This document shows, one piece after another, positions 49,546-61,930 of a stretch of DNA of 64,000 bases. Under the pieces are notes generated by a model. It made no database searches and was not told the DNA's origin. It saw only the letters and a list, made by a program, of their open reading frames with translations. The stretch's first letter is position 1; each line of letters opens with the position of its first letter. The stretch lies in NCBI GenBank assembly GCA_013265495.1, contig MU058781.1, positions 7,855,009-7,919,008 on the forward strand, in the 5' to 3' direction. Source of the DNA: Vicugna vicugna (lineage: Eukaryota). The position numbers were made by a program, and so were the translations under genes.

Positions 49546-51398
49546 TTTAAATGTCTTTATATAAACTGTTTTATTCGTATTTTAATTCTTTTTTTCATAT
49601 TTTAATTCTTAAACAGGCTTTTCATGTAAACTGACTGGATTATTGGCAATTCAGACAAAAGCAGAGTCAACAGCGAAGGACTTTTTATGCCATTTGTACA
49701 CTGGGGACAGATACATGCTACATCTTAGAGCTTGACTTCTTTTAGCCTATATTATATAAATTTAAATTGTTTCTTAGTTTACAAAAAAAGTATTTCATGG
49801 GCAAAGTAACACCAGTGTTAGAACACAAATCTCCTGCTTCCTAATCTGGGACCCTTCTCACTTTACCAAGTGGTTTTTATTGCAGTACAATGCTAATATG
49901 ACACAAATCTGAGCATTTTATAACTTAGAAGATTGTGCCAGATGACCAAGGTTTGAAGCTAGAGAATATCCTTTGGATAGGTCCCTTATCCTCCCTGAGG
50001 CTCAGTTTCTTCATCTTACAAAGTATTTCACACCTCATATTTTCATTATTTTTGTAAAATCAGATGGGTTAACACACTTAGCCCAGTTTCTGAGAATACT
50101 ATTACTAGTTATATGACATCCCCATAACATGACTAAGAGAGTAACAGTGACAGAAATAATTACTGGTATAATGATGTGGTCTGAAACAGCAGAACTTGTT
50201 CTATCTTCTGAAGTCTTCATTCTAAATGAATTTAAATATATCTGTTTTTCATATATCACAGAATTATATAAAACAGTGTTTATATTTTGCATTCTGAACT
50301 AATTCAAAGTAGAATGCTTAAGAATTTAACTCAAATGAACATTAGCATTGCCACTTTCATAGGGATGGTATAAAAAGTTATGATGTTACTGAAGACTCAG
50401 CTGGATTCCTGTCAGTGCTAATAATACTTGAACTTTATAAGTTATTAGCACAATTAAAAAAATCCTTTCAACATTTCCTCACAAACCACACCTCCTCCCC
50501 AAAAATTCCTCTTGATCATTCCAAGACATGTCTTTAGTCTGCTGACTTCACCAACTCATCAGATTAAATAGGACAAACAAGGAGGAGTCTTGACCCCTCT
50601 CCCAGTCACATACCAAATCTATGAGAATGCAGAGCTTCCGTGTTCTCCAAAAAGAAGTAAGAAAATTTACTTAGGAGCAATAACTCCCAACCCCTAGATG
50701 TGAGACACTCCAGTGGATCTACAATTATTAGAGAAAATTAAGCTTTATTTCACGTAAGTTTTTCTAAGTCCTTCACTAAATGTTCTAAAGGAAACAGAAT
50801 GTTTGACATATAATAAGGTTGTACTGAGGAGACAGTAAGGAACATATTATACAAATATTGCTGAAGTCATCACTTTAAAAAAAATTAAAAATCAAGCCTT
50901 GAAACAATGTAGTTCTGAATTTCAGTAATTAACTGTGATGAAAGTATAAAAATCAGAACTCTCTGCAGTAAATTTTATATCTCCTTTAAAAATTCCCTAT
51001 CTTATCCACTGTGATAGATCAGAAGAGATTTTTAATAGCGTATATAGCGCATTAAATGTAATTTTCTCTGACTTCAAATAAAAATACTTTTTGATTCAAA
51101 ATAATTCAACAATAACCCTTCAAATGTGATTGATCATCAAATCCATCAAAGTCACAGTTCAAGACTGAAATTTTTTTTTAATCCCTCTGTAGTAAAGCTC
51201 GTCTAAAGGAACTAAAGTTAAAAGAAGGGATGACTGAAGTTTTTCAGTTCTCTTTGGAGGATGTATAAATGTAGGTCAATACATTCCTGTGGTCAAAAAG
51301 ACGTTAATACCAGCTCTAGACTTATTCAATAAGGTGCTTGTGAGGTTATAATGATTTAGATAGCATGGCACTAATTCCCGGACATCCCCCAACCTTAC

Positions 51399-51469
51399 CA
51401 TTTTCCCAAACCTTGAGAAAGCTTTCTGATTCTCCTCATATATGCCACTTTTACAAAGGAGCAGAGCCT
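51399..51469 (-). other. Candidate 71-nt exon
   Basis: Minus strand: tgtttttctttcag|AGGCTCTG...GGAAAATG|gtaagg; two open frames. Confidence 0.3.
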
Positions 51470-52576
51470 CTGAAAGAAAAACATTTTTGGCTCTGTTAAT
51501 GCTAGTGTATTCTTCCAGCCCATTATTCAGGGTTCAGGACTGGACAGGCAATTACATGCAAATTTGTTGGGAGCTAGGAGGTTCATTTACTACATTCAAC
51601 CCCATAGAGGAAGATCAATAGAAGTGCAAAACCTAATCCTAGATGAAAGCACCATGATCAGGTAATGGTTATAGAGTTAAGGCCCTCAGAAGAATGTTGG
51701 GAATCAAAAGGGCACGCTAGAGAAAAGCATTATGCATACTGCTTTTTTGAACCATATGGGAAAGACAACAAAGTGAACCAAAGAGTTGGAACACAAGAAG
51801 GTAGACATGCAGTTCAACACAAATTGTTAGGGTTTTTCAAAAGATATGAATGAGGACTGGACCAATTAAAAATGGCTGCCTCGAAAAGCTTTTGTTGGCT
51901 GTTTAAAGAAAAGTGGTGTGCAAACCATTGCTCAAACTTAAAACTATGCAAGTCATGCTTGCATTTAACTCTTAAGAAAAAGGAATTCTTTACTGCTAGT
52001 TTTCCCTCCTGTCTTTTCATTTTTGTAGGTTTTTTCCTGTTTTGCCCTACCCAAGGCCACACACCCTGTTGACATTTAGTAAAAGCTATTGAATATTTTG
52101 TAATCAAAATTTAGAAGAATGTATATGCTAACAGAATTATTGATTTCATGGAAGAAAGATCATGAGAGTGAACAGGGTGGGAACTAGTACACGGTATAGA
52201 GGCTGGTGGTTGTTCTGATTGGCTGTTAAATAATTTGAATATCGCCACAGGGTATGAATGGTTATGCAGCTTGCATTATAAGGGGAAAGAAAAGTTCTTA
52301 AAGCATAATTAGTCCTTATCAAGGCAGACTATCAATGTCTTCAGAAAGTATTGAGGGGATACTTGACCTGGTGTGCAACCGACTTTCAGAGGATCACTGG
52401 ATAGTTTATAAAGTTCCCATGCATCTGCTAAAATTGCATGCAATTTTTTACGTGCATATACCCTTTTGCCATTTACTAGCAAACAAAAAGAACTCTTTAA
52501 AATTATTAAACAGTCTTTGAAACATAAAAAAAAAATCTAGAACCTTTAATAAATAAGAATACTGGCCAGCAATTTC

Positions 52577-53003
52577 TGTGTTAGTTTAGGTCTTCTAAGA
52601 AGCTGATGCCAAAACAAGATTAAGCATGCAAGGATTTTATTAGGGGATATGCCTAGGAGAGAAAACGGGGGAGATTCCGGGAAGATGGGGAGAGCTGTCA
52701 GACCAGCATATATGTCTGACCAACCCCAAGAGAAGAAGAGAAGGCAGGAAGCATCTGAGATTGCCCTGTGGCCAAGGGCAGCTGGGCAAGCCTGTAGGGG
52801 AGTTCTTAAACCAAAGGGTCCTCAGAGGAGTTCCGTGTCTCTCAGGAATGAGCCTGCCTTGGTCTCTCTGTCACGCTCAGTCTGGCAGAAGCCAGCGGGA
52901 AGGGTGGTCTCAGCAAAAACAGAAATGGATTTCACAGCCCAGAAACTGAAGCCATTAGTTGTGTCTTCAAGGCACATGCTCATGACTGCCATTCTCTGAG
53001 TCA
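52577..53003 (-). mobile_element. Ancient ERVL LTR (LTR16/LTR40-like)
   Basis: tgtgttagtttaggtcttctaagaagctgatgccaaaacaagattaagcatgcaaggattttattagggga. Confidence 0.75.
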
Positions 53004-53125
53004 CATTATTGGTCAAGTCTGCTCTCCAACCTGCTGATAATCTTGTTCAGGAAATAGACTGAATTCTATGCAGTTCAGAGCTAGTCACTTAATCATCCTG
53101 TTACATTGTCCAATTTGAAACTTAC

Positions 53126-53205
53126 TTAGAGCTCTAATCCTTTAATGTACTCCAAACATACTGCCAGCTTTATGTTTTCATAGTTTAGATTGCTTTTATT
53201 CAAAA
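53126..53205 (-). other. Candidate 80-nt exon ending in a stop codon
   Basis: Minus strand: ttttttatttttag|TTTTGAATAAA...GAGCTCTAA|gtaagt; one frame reads LNKSNLNYENIKLAVCLEYIKGLEL*. Confidence 0.25.
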
Positions 53206-53739
53206 CTAAAAATAAAAAACCTGTTTCTTTTTTCCACCTAATTGTCTTGGAATTAGTCATTCACAAACTCATGGTTCATTATGGGTAAGATACTATACGA
53301 GGTAAAATATGATTAAAATAATCTATTAACTGTACAATTCCAGATTAAGCTGTGTTTAAAGCTGAATGAAGGGAGAAGGAAGTAAGGGCATGACCAGTAC
53401 ATAAAATTGCAAAAGGAAACTTCAGTAGCCACAATCTGGAAACAGGATTACTTTGGTGAGTCACAATGTCATTTCAGAAAAATACTGTTATATTACCTTG
53501 ACAACAAGACATACGACAGATTAAAAAAAAAAAACCTCTTTTAGCTAGAAAGCTTCAGTTTAATGCTTTGTCTTAATTTTGAACATGTTTAACGTTTACG
53601 TTAATGCTATTTAATGGAACCTATCAAAGACAGTAATTTCCATGAGAAAATAAAGTCCTTGCCTAATTCTCCACATTGAAACGTAAAGGGGGTGGGAGAG
53701 GACCCCCAAGAACATAAATATAATTAAAAACAGATAACA

Positions 53740-54320
53740 AACTAAAAATACTTTACAGTATGCATTGCAAATCCTTAATTTATAATAAAGCTTTCACAAA
53801 TCAATAAAATGAATCTAATTATTGAAAAATGGTAAAAAAAAAAAAACCACCATAGAAATGTAGAGAAGAAATGCACATAGTTTATATATGAAAATATGAA
53901 TGTCATTTATAACGAATGAAATAAAAATTAAGCAATAACCTGCTATTTTCACTTATATAATTGATAATGCATGAAAATAACAACACTCACCATGGGCAAG
54001 GACACTGGAAAGTGGGTCTCAACTGGAAACAGTTTGCAATTTCTCTCAAAGCCAGTATAACACAATATACTAAAGGCTTTAAAAAAGCATGTATGCTTTT
54101 GACCCTAACTCCAGTCTTAAAACGTAGCCTAAGGAAATATTATAGATATGTACATAACACATAACAATAGTCAGTAACTGTATTCATAAATCTAAAACTA
54201 AAGGCTTACTTGAAGATAAAAATCTTTATCTTTAAATAGATGATTAAGTGGGATATCATGTAACCATTAAAATCATATTTTAGAAAAGCTGTTTTTAACA
54301 TATGAAAGTGTTTGTAAGTT
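53740..54320 (+). mobile_element. Old L1ME 3' fragment
   Basis: aaatcaataaaa...attgaaaaatgg; ggaaacagtttgcaattt; tgcttttgaccctaactccagt. Confidence 0.6.
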
Positions 54321-55254
54321 TCTAAGTGATAATGGTTGGTTTCATTTTTGTAATGTGTGCGTCTGTGTATACACATGCACATATACCACTGATTTTGCAG
54401 GAGAGTTCCAAAGATGAGAACAACTTAATGGCAGCAGACTTCTCTTGGTTTGGATTAAAAATTCTGCCACAATAGCAATAAAAAATGGACTTCCAGATTG
54501 TAGACAATGCACCTGCGCTTATTTCACTGGAGTTTAAACACGTGGGCAGAAAAATTATTGAAACGTTTCAGTCATGAAATCAACCTCAAGACAAACGCCA
54601 GTCTAACTGTGTGAAACAGACTACGGAGGATGACCTGAAATAAACTTAGAAAAGAGGGACTAGTAAGACTTGGCAAAGTGCAGAGAGAGGGGGCCAGCCC
54701 CGCAGCCAACAGATCTCAAACTTTGGTTCTGCCACCTACGAAGTCTGGGCGCAGGATGAGCTGTTTCTCCACCTCTCTGGGCTTTAAAGTTGGCTGACGG
54801 GTAAGATAAAAAAGATACCACTCTCCTAGGACTCTTGAGAAGACTAGAGATGATGTCTGTAAATTTCTTCATTCTCCTCCTATCTGGTATAGGGCGAGCA
54901 TTTCTAAAGCACAGGTGATTTTCTTCACCAATGTCCCTCCGCATTTAAGAACAGGAGTCAGTTCTGCTGAATTCCTAATGAAGCCACAACACTTTAAGAA
55001 TGACTCAGCCCCATCCAGCCAGACTTAAATGAGGATTCACAAGACAAACACTTAAATGACAATTCTGTCAAGAGGAAAGCCTCAAAATCCATTCGTGGCC
55101 CTATCGGAGCAACTTGGTTTAATTTATCATCATTTTCTGGAGTTTGACTGCGAACACTACATACTCCGTAAACTTCATCTCGACCTGTTTTCTTCTCATT
55201 GTTTTAGACAAAAAATCCTCCAATGGCCCATACGGCGTGCATGATAACAGTTAA

Positions 55255-55460
55255 GAGTAACTGCTATAATTTATTAAGCAACTAGTATGTATCAGGCCCT
55301 CAGCTAAATGCTCTAAAAGCATAACTTTTATCTACAAAAACCTCATGGAGTATATATTGTTCTCATTAAATACACGGGGAAATGGTGTCTAAGGGATTAA
55401 AACGCTTGCTCTGGTTACTTTAGTACTCACTGGTTCCTGAGGAGGGCATTCAAGTCTCTT
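55255..55460 (-). mobile_element. MIR
   Basis: taatttattaagcaactagtatgtatcaggc...gctaaatgctcta. Confidence 0.6.
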
Positions 55461-55884
55461 CACAACTTTGTAGTTAGGCCACAATTTTCTTCTGTGTCAA
55501 ATTAAGAAGTAGCACTATCTGGGGAGGGGGAGGATAGTGGTGAATGATGATCACTTTGAGCTGCATTATTTATGGAAAACTTGATGAAGTTGGAGAAATC
55601 AAGTGGCTCCTTTGAGAGAGTAGATCTATGGAAGCCAAACGAGTAAAATACGCATCTTTTGCATTTGGAAGAAAAGGGTATTTCCAAGCAGCATCAGTGG
55701 CCCAGGTGAAGAAAGTCGAAGTGAATGTGGAGGAGGCCAGCTCCAACCAACTGGAAAGTACTCAATACATGGTGTTTGCAATTGTAGAGAAAGTTCGAGA
55801 AGGGCTCAGGATGGGGACCCCAACTGTGCTACCTACTGTATAAGGAAAGTAAGAAAAACATACTTAAAATGTAGCTCTTCTTAC

Positions 55885-55899
55885 CAACTCATAATGAGA
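55885..55899 (-). other. Candidate 15-nt microexon TCTCATTATGAGTTG (SHYEL in frame 0)
   Basis: Minus strand: gattatttgcattcttgttag|TCTCATTATGAGTTG|gtaaga. Confidence 0.4.
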
Positions 55900-57767
55900 C
55901 TAACAAGAATGCAAATAATCATCATCTAAATGATACGTTGACAGACTCACATTGTTAACATACCAATAACAGAGTCAAGAGAAAAAAAATTTAACTCCAT
56001 ACTGCTTCATCAATACAAATATGCACTTTTTTCATTTTTAGTATTTTCAAAATAGAGGTTCATCTTAGAGTCAGCAGCACCTTAAAATCACTGTCAAACA
56101 GGGGCAGACTGTTAATTGTCTTGGTTTATTTATGTGCTAAGTTGATTTTTTTTTTTTCCTAATGACTTAACTGGGAAACTGCAACTTCTTAGTTTTCAGT
56201 CCAGAAAACACATAAGGGTCGTTAGAGAAAGCACAGGAGCTATGGTTGTTGCCATTAGTCCTCCTGATGTGCAGAGTCAAACATCATGTGGGAAAAGATG
56301 GGTATAAATGGCTCTGAGTGAAAAAATAATCCACAAGGGTCAAAATCTGAATCTGAAGGTACTTTTGGTATATGTTAATCAATATACATTACTTCTATTT
56401 CCCTTTTTTTATGAATGTGTAAGAATACTGTGTGATATACACATCTGTATTGGTAAAATTCTAAAGAATTATTTCAAAAAGTATCAAATAAAAATTCTTA
56501 ATAAGAACACATTGTGTCAGGGTTTCATTAACAGTATTTCTTTTATGTCTTGGTACATAATATAATGATATATCTTGCAGTGAATGACGTTTTGGGATTG
56601 ATGAAATAAAGTGCTAAGTGAAGAATACCTTTATAAATGCCTTCAAAACTCCTTCATCTGTATCAAAAGAGAGGGAACACCTTTTAAGAGCAGTGGTCCA
56701 TCAGCTGATAAACAGAATAATGCAGAAGTTGTGCAGTATAATTATCCATCGTTACAGCAGCAGTGGGCTGGCCCTTTAGCCCCAGGAGGAGCAAACCTAT
56801 AATGAATTTACACCGAAGTACCTAAGGTGAGTAAACAATTCTCCTGTAGCAAGCTACTCGCTGCTATGAAATAAATTAACTCATCCTGACACCATTTAAT
56901 AAATCACTTCTTACAGAGCACTAAATTGTACCCTGATGTTCTGGGAAGTTAATTTGCCATACAGGAGAATTTTTCTCCTAGAGGGTATTTTATTCCTCTT
57001 CCCTCAGATCGATCACGCAGAGGCTAAGGAAGTCATCTAGATTACGGTGACACTTTAAAGTTTTGCCATTTAAATGAAATACACGATGAGGTTCGTAACA
57101 CAAATGAATTCAGCACTGTTAAGGGGCTTGGGAGATTTTCTTTCCATCAAACAACATCAGGGTTTGGTTTTGCTTTTAGAGGAAAAAAAATTTTTTGGTA
57201 AGTTTTAGGATTTGAGACTTTTTTTTCACTCTAGTTTTCATAGGTTCTCTGTTCCAATGTTTTGTTACCTCTCTTCTTTCTGTTGCTAAGCAGACGGGAC
57301 ATGTTGCTACAGGACATGTTGCTACGTGACATTTTATACAACCACTTTTATGCAGTTGAAACGGTAACGACCAGAGGTCATGAAAAGATAATCACACACG
57401 TTGAAAACCGGAGCACTGGCCTTTTTGTTCCTGGAAAACTACAGAGAATGTACTTCCCAAAATGTTTCTTAGAATAAAATAATAATAACAGCATTTTTAT
57501 TAAATAAGTTTTTCTATATATCACCCCATTGGAGAGTCACAAAAAACCAGCGAAATGCAAATGGACAGTATCAGCACCATCAGCATCAGATTTCAAGTGA
57601 GAAAAATGAGATTACGAAAGGGCAGGTCAGATGGTAAGCACGTGGCAAGGATGGGAAATGCCCTGTGAAACAGATGAAAGCTGACAGTTTTATGCTTGTA
57701 ATAAAAGCTACTTTAAAGATAAATTTTCATTTCCCTCAGCTCTACATGGTAACTCTGTGGCTTTCTT

Positions 57768-57790
57768 ATATAATAATAATAATAATAGTA

Positions 57791-57821
<31 letters not shown>

Positions 57822-57823
57822 TA
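57768..57823. repeat. (AAT)n microsatellite at a MIR tail
   Basis: ataataataat... with two AGT interruptions. Confidence 0.95.
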
Positions 57824-58040
57824 TTGACAACTATCAATTATCTGATACTGAGTTCTACTACACACCCAAATAAATGCTGTCCCTATAACAGTCTACATAA
57901 TCCTAAACATTGTGCAGAATCAAAGGCTTAAAGTCAACGACACACCAAAGTCCACCTTTGAGTACACAAGTGGAGCAGGATTAAAACTCACATGTGTCTG
58001 ACTTTTAAACCTGCACCTCTAACCATTACACTGTACTGTC
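57824..58040 (-). mobile_element. MIR
   Basis: gcagaatcaaaggcttaaag...ggagcaggattaaaactcacatgtgtctgact...ctctaaccattacactgtactg. Confidence 0.7.
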
Positions 58041-58459
58041 CCAGCTGCTAGCTCTTCCAGACTTTTCAGCAGAACATCCCTTTTCCATTTGTATTACAGA
58101 TTGCTTTTTCATAACCCCAGCTTTAATTAATGTTTTTCATTCTCAAGGAACACTCTGAACACAGTGAAACTTAGTTTGAAAAGCAGTAAAAGGTTTGCAT
58201 TCGGAAAGCATGGTACACGAGCAGAAGGATCAAGAACTGAAAAGCAACTATCATACAATAACCATAATGGGGGTATATGTGTGTGTAATTAACTGCTCTG
58301 CAATACACAAAATAGAGAAAAGCCAGCGACCAAGTACATAGTGCACTAGACTAAACACTGCAACAGGGGTCGGAAACTCGGTTTTCAGTCCAAGAAAATT
58401 GCCATTTAAAAGGTAACTGCCTTTTAAAATACTGAATAGATGCAAAAGAACATTAATAA

Positions 58460-60320
58460 ATATTTGTAGTACAAAGAATCACAGAAAAATTCAGACCTAT
58501 ATATCCACCACCCAGTTAAAGCAGCAGAGCACTGCTGTCATCTCTGGTGCCCCTGCTTCTCTCGGCACAAGTAACTACTCTCTTGACTTTCGTGTCTATC
58601 ATTCCCGTTTCTTCGTAGTGTTACCGCACAATTCGCATACCTCAACCACGTATTGCTCATGTGCACCTCTGCAACGTGGATTTTTCTGTATTCATCTAGA
58701 GTCTAATGTGACTTGCTTTCTTCACTCAACATTACATTTCTGATCACAAGTCACTGCTTGTAGTCGCAGTTCATCCCTTTAAACCATTCTGTGTATAGGG
58801 ATACATTTGTCCTTGGTGTGACTGCATCACAATGTATTTACCTATGCTAATTTTCATGGACATTTGCATTGCTTCCAGCTCTTTTAGCTAGTATAAAAAT
58901 TGCCATTTTAAAGATTTTTCTATCTTTCTCCTGGTGCAAGAATTTCCCAAGGATGTATACGTACAAGTAGATGTGCTGGCTTGTAGGGAATGCCTACCAT
59001 CAACTTTCCTAGAAAACGCTCAGTGATGTTCCAAAGTGCTTGGAGAAACGTGCGTTCCTCCTGCAGTCTGTAAATGTTAGGGTTGCTCCAGACTTACCAA
59101 AGTTGTTCTTGTCGACCCCCTAACTTTTGCCTGTCTGCTGAGTGTGAAATGGTATTTCACTGTGGCTTCGATTTGCATTTTCCTTGAAAACTAAGGAGAG
59201 TGAGCATCTTTTCATTTGTTTATAGACCATTCACGTTTCTTCTTCTGTGAAGTACCTGCTCAGGTCTTTTGTCCATTTCTGTACTGTGCTGCTTGCCTTC
59301 TTCATTCTGACTTGTACGTATTCTCCTTTTTATCTCTTGAGGCATATTGGCAGTATACATTCTATACTCCCTGATAATGCCAATATTTGAAGTCTTTGGG
59401 ATTCTGCTGACCTTTGTTTCTGCTCTCATTCATAGTGCCAGATTTCCTTGTATGTTTTGTTCTGTATGTGAGCTTATCTTCCTTGGATATTTGTACATGG
59501 GAATTTTCTGGGACCTGGGTTGATTTTTCCAAGGATTTGCCTTTGCTTAGCCCAGATGCCTGGTCACCCTGTTAACTAAGATTTCCTTTAAGTTAAATTA
59601 CTGCCTTGAGTTTGAGATTATCAAGGTATATAATTCAGATATGAACTCTCAGGGTGGACTTCCTCTCTTTCTCCCAGTGAACACTAAGGTTTGAGATAAG
59701 AAACTTTTACTGCTATCAACACTACCCTCTTCCACACATACAATTCAGGACAGGGACCAAGTTTAATTCTAGTTCCCTAAACAGTGAGGGGGTTGTCTTT
59801 GGGGATCCCAGTTTTATTCCATGGGTCTCCTATTAAGTTCCCCTTCTCTCCCCTCTTCTGTGGGAATGGAAAAACCAGAGCTCAAGGTTATCTGGACTCA
59901 GCAAATACCTTCACTGTGAAGGCAGTTTCAGTTCTAGTTTACTTCTCTGGATTTCTGCTTTCACTTAGTTTTTAGCCTCTGAGTAGGGTGCCAGAGTTAG
60001 CAAATAAAATACAGGATGCCCAACTAAATTTGAATTTTAGATAAACAGCAAATAATTTTTAGTATACGTATATCCCATGTAGTATCTGGGATATACTCAT
60101 ACTGAAGAGGTATTCACTGTTTATCTGAAATTCAAACATAACTATATTTCCTGTATTTTTTCTGGCAACTCTCCACCAACCAGATCATCATTTTCTTGCC
60201 AGTTAATTGATGCATCTAAAGACCATTTTAAGAAAACTACACTAAGCAGCACTGTTAGTTGTTTGCTGCAGGAAGGTCAGTCAGGGTATCAAGTCTGCCA
60301 CACTGCTGGAAGCAGAAGCA
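58460..60320 (-). mobile_element. Old L1ME 3' region followed by an L1/HAL1 5'-type fragment
   Basis: tggacatttgcattgcttccag; gtgtgaaatggtatttcactgtggcttcgatttgcatttt; tgagcatcttttcatttgttta. Confidence 0.75.
59984..60172. mobile_element. MER53 palindromic hAT MITE
   Basis: tagggtgccagagttagcaaataaaatacaggatgcccaactaaatttgaattttagataaaca...tgtttatctgaaattcaaa...cctgtattttttctggcaactct. Confidence 0.92.
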
Positions 60321-60409
60321 GCTCTTGCCCTTCTCCTCCCCGCTCCCACCTTTATGAAACTGGGAACATCACTTGTTTCTGTGACCCTTAATCACCCACA
60401 AGATTTTTT

Positions 60410-60590
60410 CTGAACATCCTGGAATTTGTAAAGGGCCTTAGAGATCAACTCTTATAATCACCTTATGTTAAGATAAAGAAAACCGAGACTCAAATAAAAC
60501 AATACAGCCAGTATTAAGCCCACTTTAGTGGCAGGGTGGAAACTAGAAGTCCCATCTCCTCACTCCTCCAACTTTCTTCCCACTGTACCG
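60410..60590 (-). mobile_element. MIR
   Basis: aagggccttagagatca...agataaagaaaaccgagactca...ttagtggcagggtggaaactagaa. Confidence 0.65.
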
Positions 60591-61076
60591 TGTTGACTAT
60601 GAGGGTCAGGTAAGCTAAGTGGTATCAAGGCACTAAGCAGAACATAAAGTATTAAAAGCGCATGATGTATTAGAATAAGAGAAAAGTATTACAAAATGAT
60701 TTTGATTACAGAGTCTAGCAACAACAAAAATAAACCTGAGCAGCTTGAAGTATGAGATTTACTGTGGAATAATATTTAGGGAAGGGACCCCTTAGGAATA
60801 CAGTAACATATTTATACATTTTTCCTTCCAGGAATCTTACATAGAACAATGAGAATTTTCTAGGAATATTTAAAGAAAATAAATTAATGATATGAAAATA
60901 AAACATCTGGCTGGAAATATACTGCATTAAACAAGCATTTTGACCTAGAATATAATATATTCTCCATAGCGAGTAAGACCAATAAAAAAAAAACCTTAAT
61001 TAACAAAAGCCCTCTCTTCTTTTTTCCTTCCTCTTTTCTTACAAAGAAATGCTTTCAGAATGCTTGAGACTCTCAC

Positions 61077-61150
61077 CACGCTACTTTCTTTGCTACAATC
61101 AGTGCATGATTGCCACTCAAATTGCTATACTGGTCCTTTTTCCTCCAGCT
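61077..61150 (-). other. Candidate 74-nt exon (frame 0: SWRKKDQYSNLSGNHALIVAKKVA)
   Basis: Minus strand: tctgcatcttctttttatgcag|AGCTGG...GTAGCGTG|gtgaga. Confidence 0.28.
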
Positions 61151-61789
61151 CTGCATAAAAAGAAGATGCAGATGAATGGATTTTCTGTGGGTTAATTTAT
61201 TAGGAGTGCAAAGCAATTATCAGCAAGGTAAATCATGGAACATGTTACACGCTGGTTGCTGTATAATGTGGGTCCCTCAGCCACAAATGCAATTAAAGTG
61301 TTAGATTTTACTCCTTTTAATTTTATCTCCTAGTTCATCCTTGGCTTGACAAAGACTAGTCTGACTGTATGTCAATAGGTGATCAATAAGTAGAACTATG
61401 TAATAACTACGATTTTGTATTTTTGACGCTATCGGATACATGTTCATGATATGATAGCATAAATCTTCAAAACGAGGGTTGGGGAATTGAACCACAGGAC
61501 TCAGTTCCCAGGGCATCAGGTTGTCAGTTTCTTGTGTGGCTGTAATTGGGTGAAATTATATTACTATCATGTGACCAGAGACTGATGTGAGATGAATTAA
61601 GCAGTGCTTGCAAATGCCTGTCACGTTAATAGTATCCAAATCTTCAATTTTTTATTTTAAAGGGCAGGTCCTAAGAAATTCATGTTTATTAGGCGTTCAA
61701 GACCCAAAAGAAATCCCTGACAACAAAAGCAAGCCTTCTCCCTACACAGACCAGTAAAAATGTGAACAACACGCAAGTGTTTCAACAAA

Positions 61790-61930
61790 GAGAGGAGGGT
61801 CTGATAACCCCGCTCTGCCACGTACTGCTTTGCCTCAGTTTTCTGATTTACAAAGTAGGAATAACGACAACTTCCTGGTGGGACTATTAATAATGTATGA
61901 AAGACGTCTAGCTTGTGGTAAGGGCTCTAG
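61790..61930 (+). mobile_element. MIR
   Basis: cccgctctgccacgtactgctttgcctcagttttctgatttacaaagtaggaataa. Confidence 0.7.

Noticed and set aside
50035..50292. ORF with a transmembrane-like stretch (HIIIPVIISVTVTLLVMLWG)
   Set aside because: An acceptor (tgctgtttcag) precedes it, but there is no good in-frame donor. T-rich strands often translate hydrophobic, and I recognise no protein match.
57665..57931. Poly-Ile ORF
   Set aside because: Translation of an (AAT)n microsatellite.
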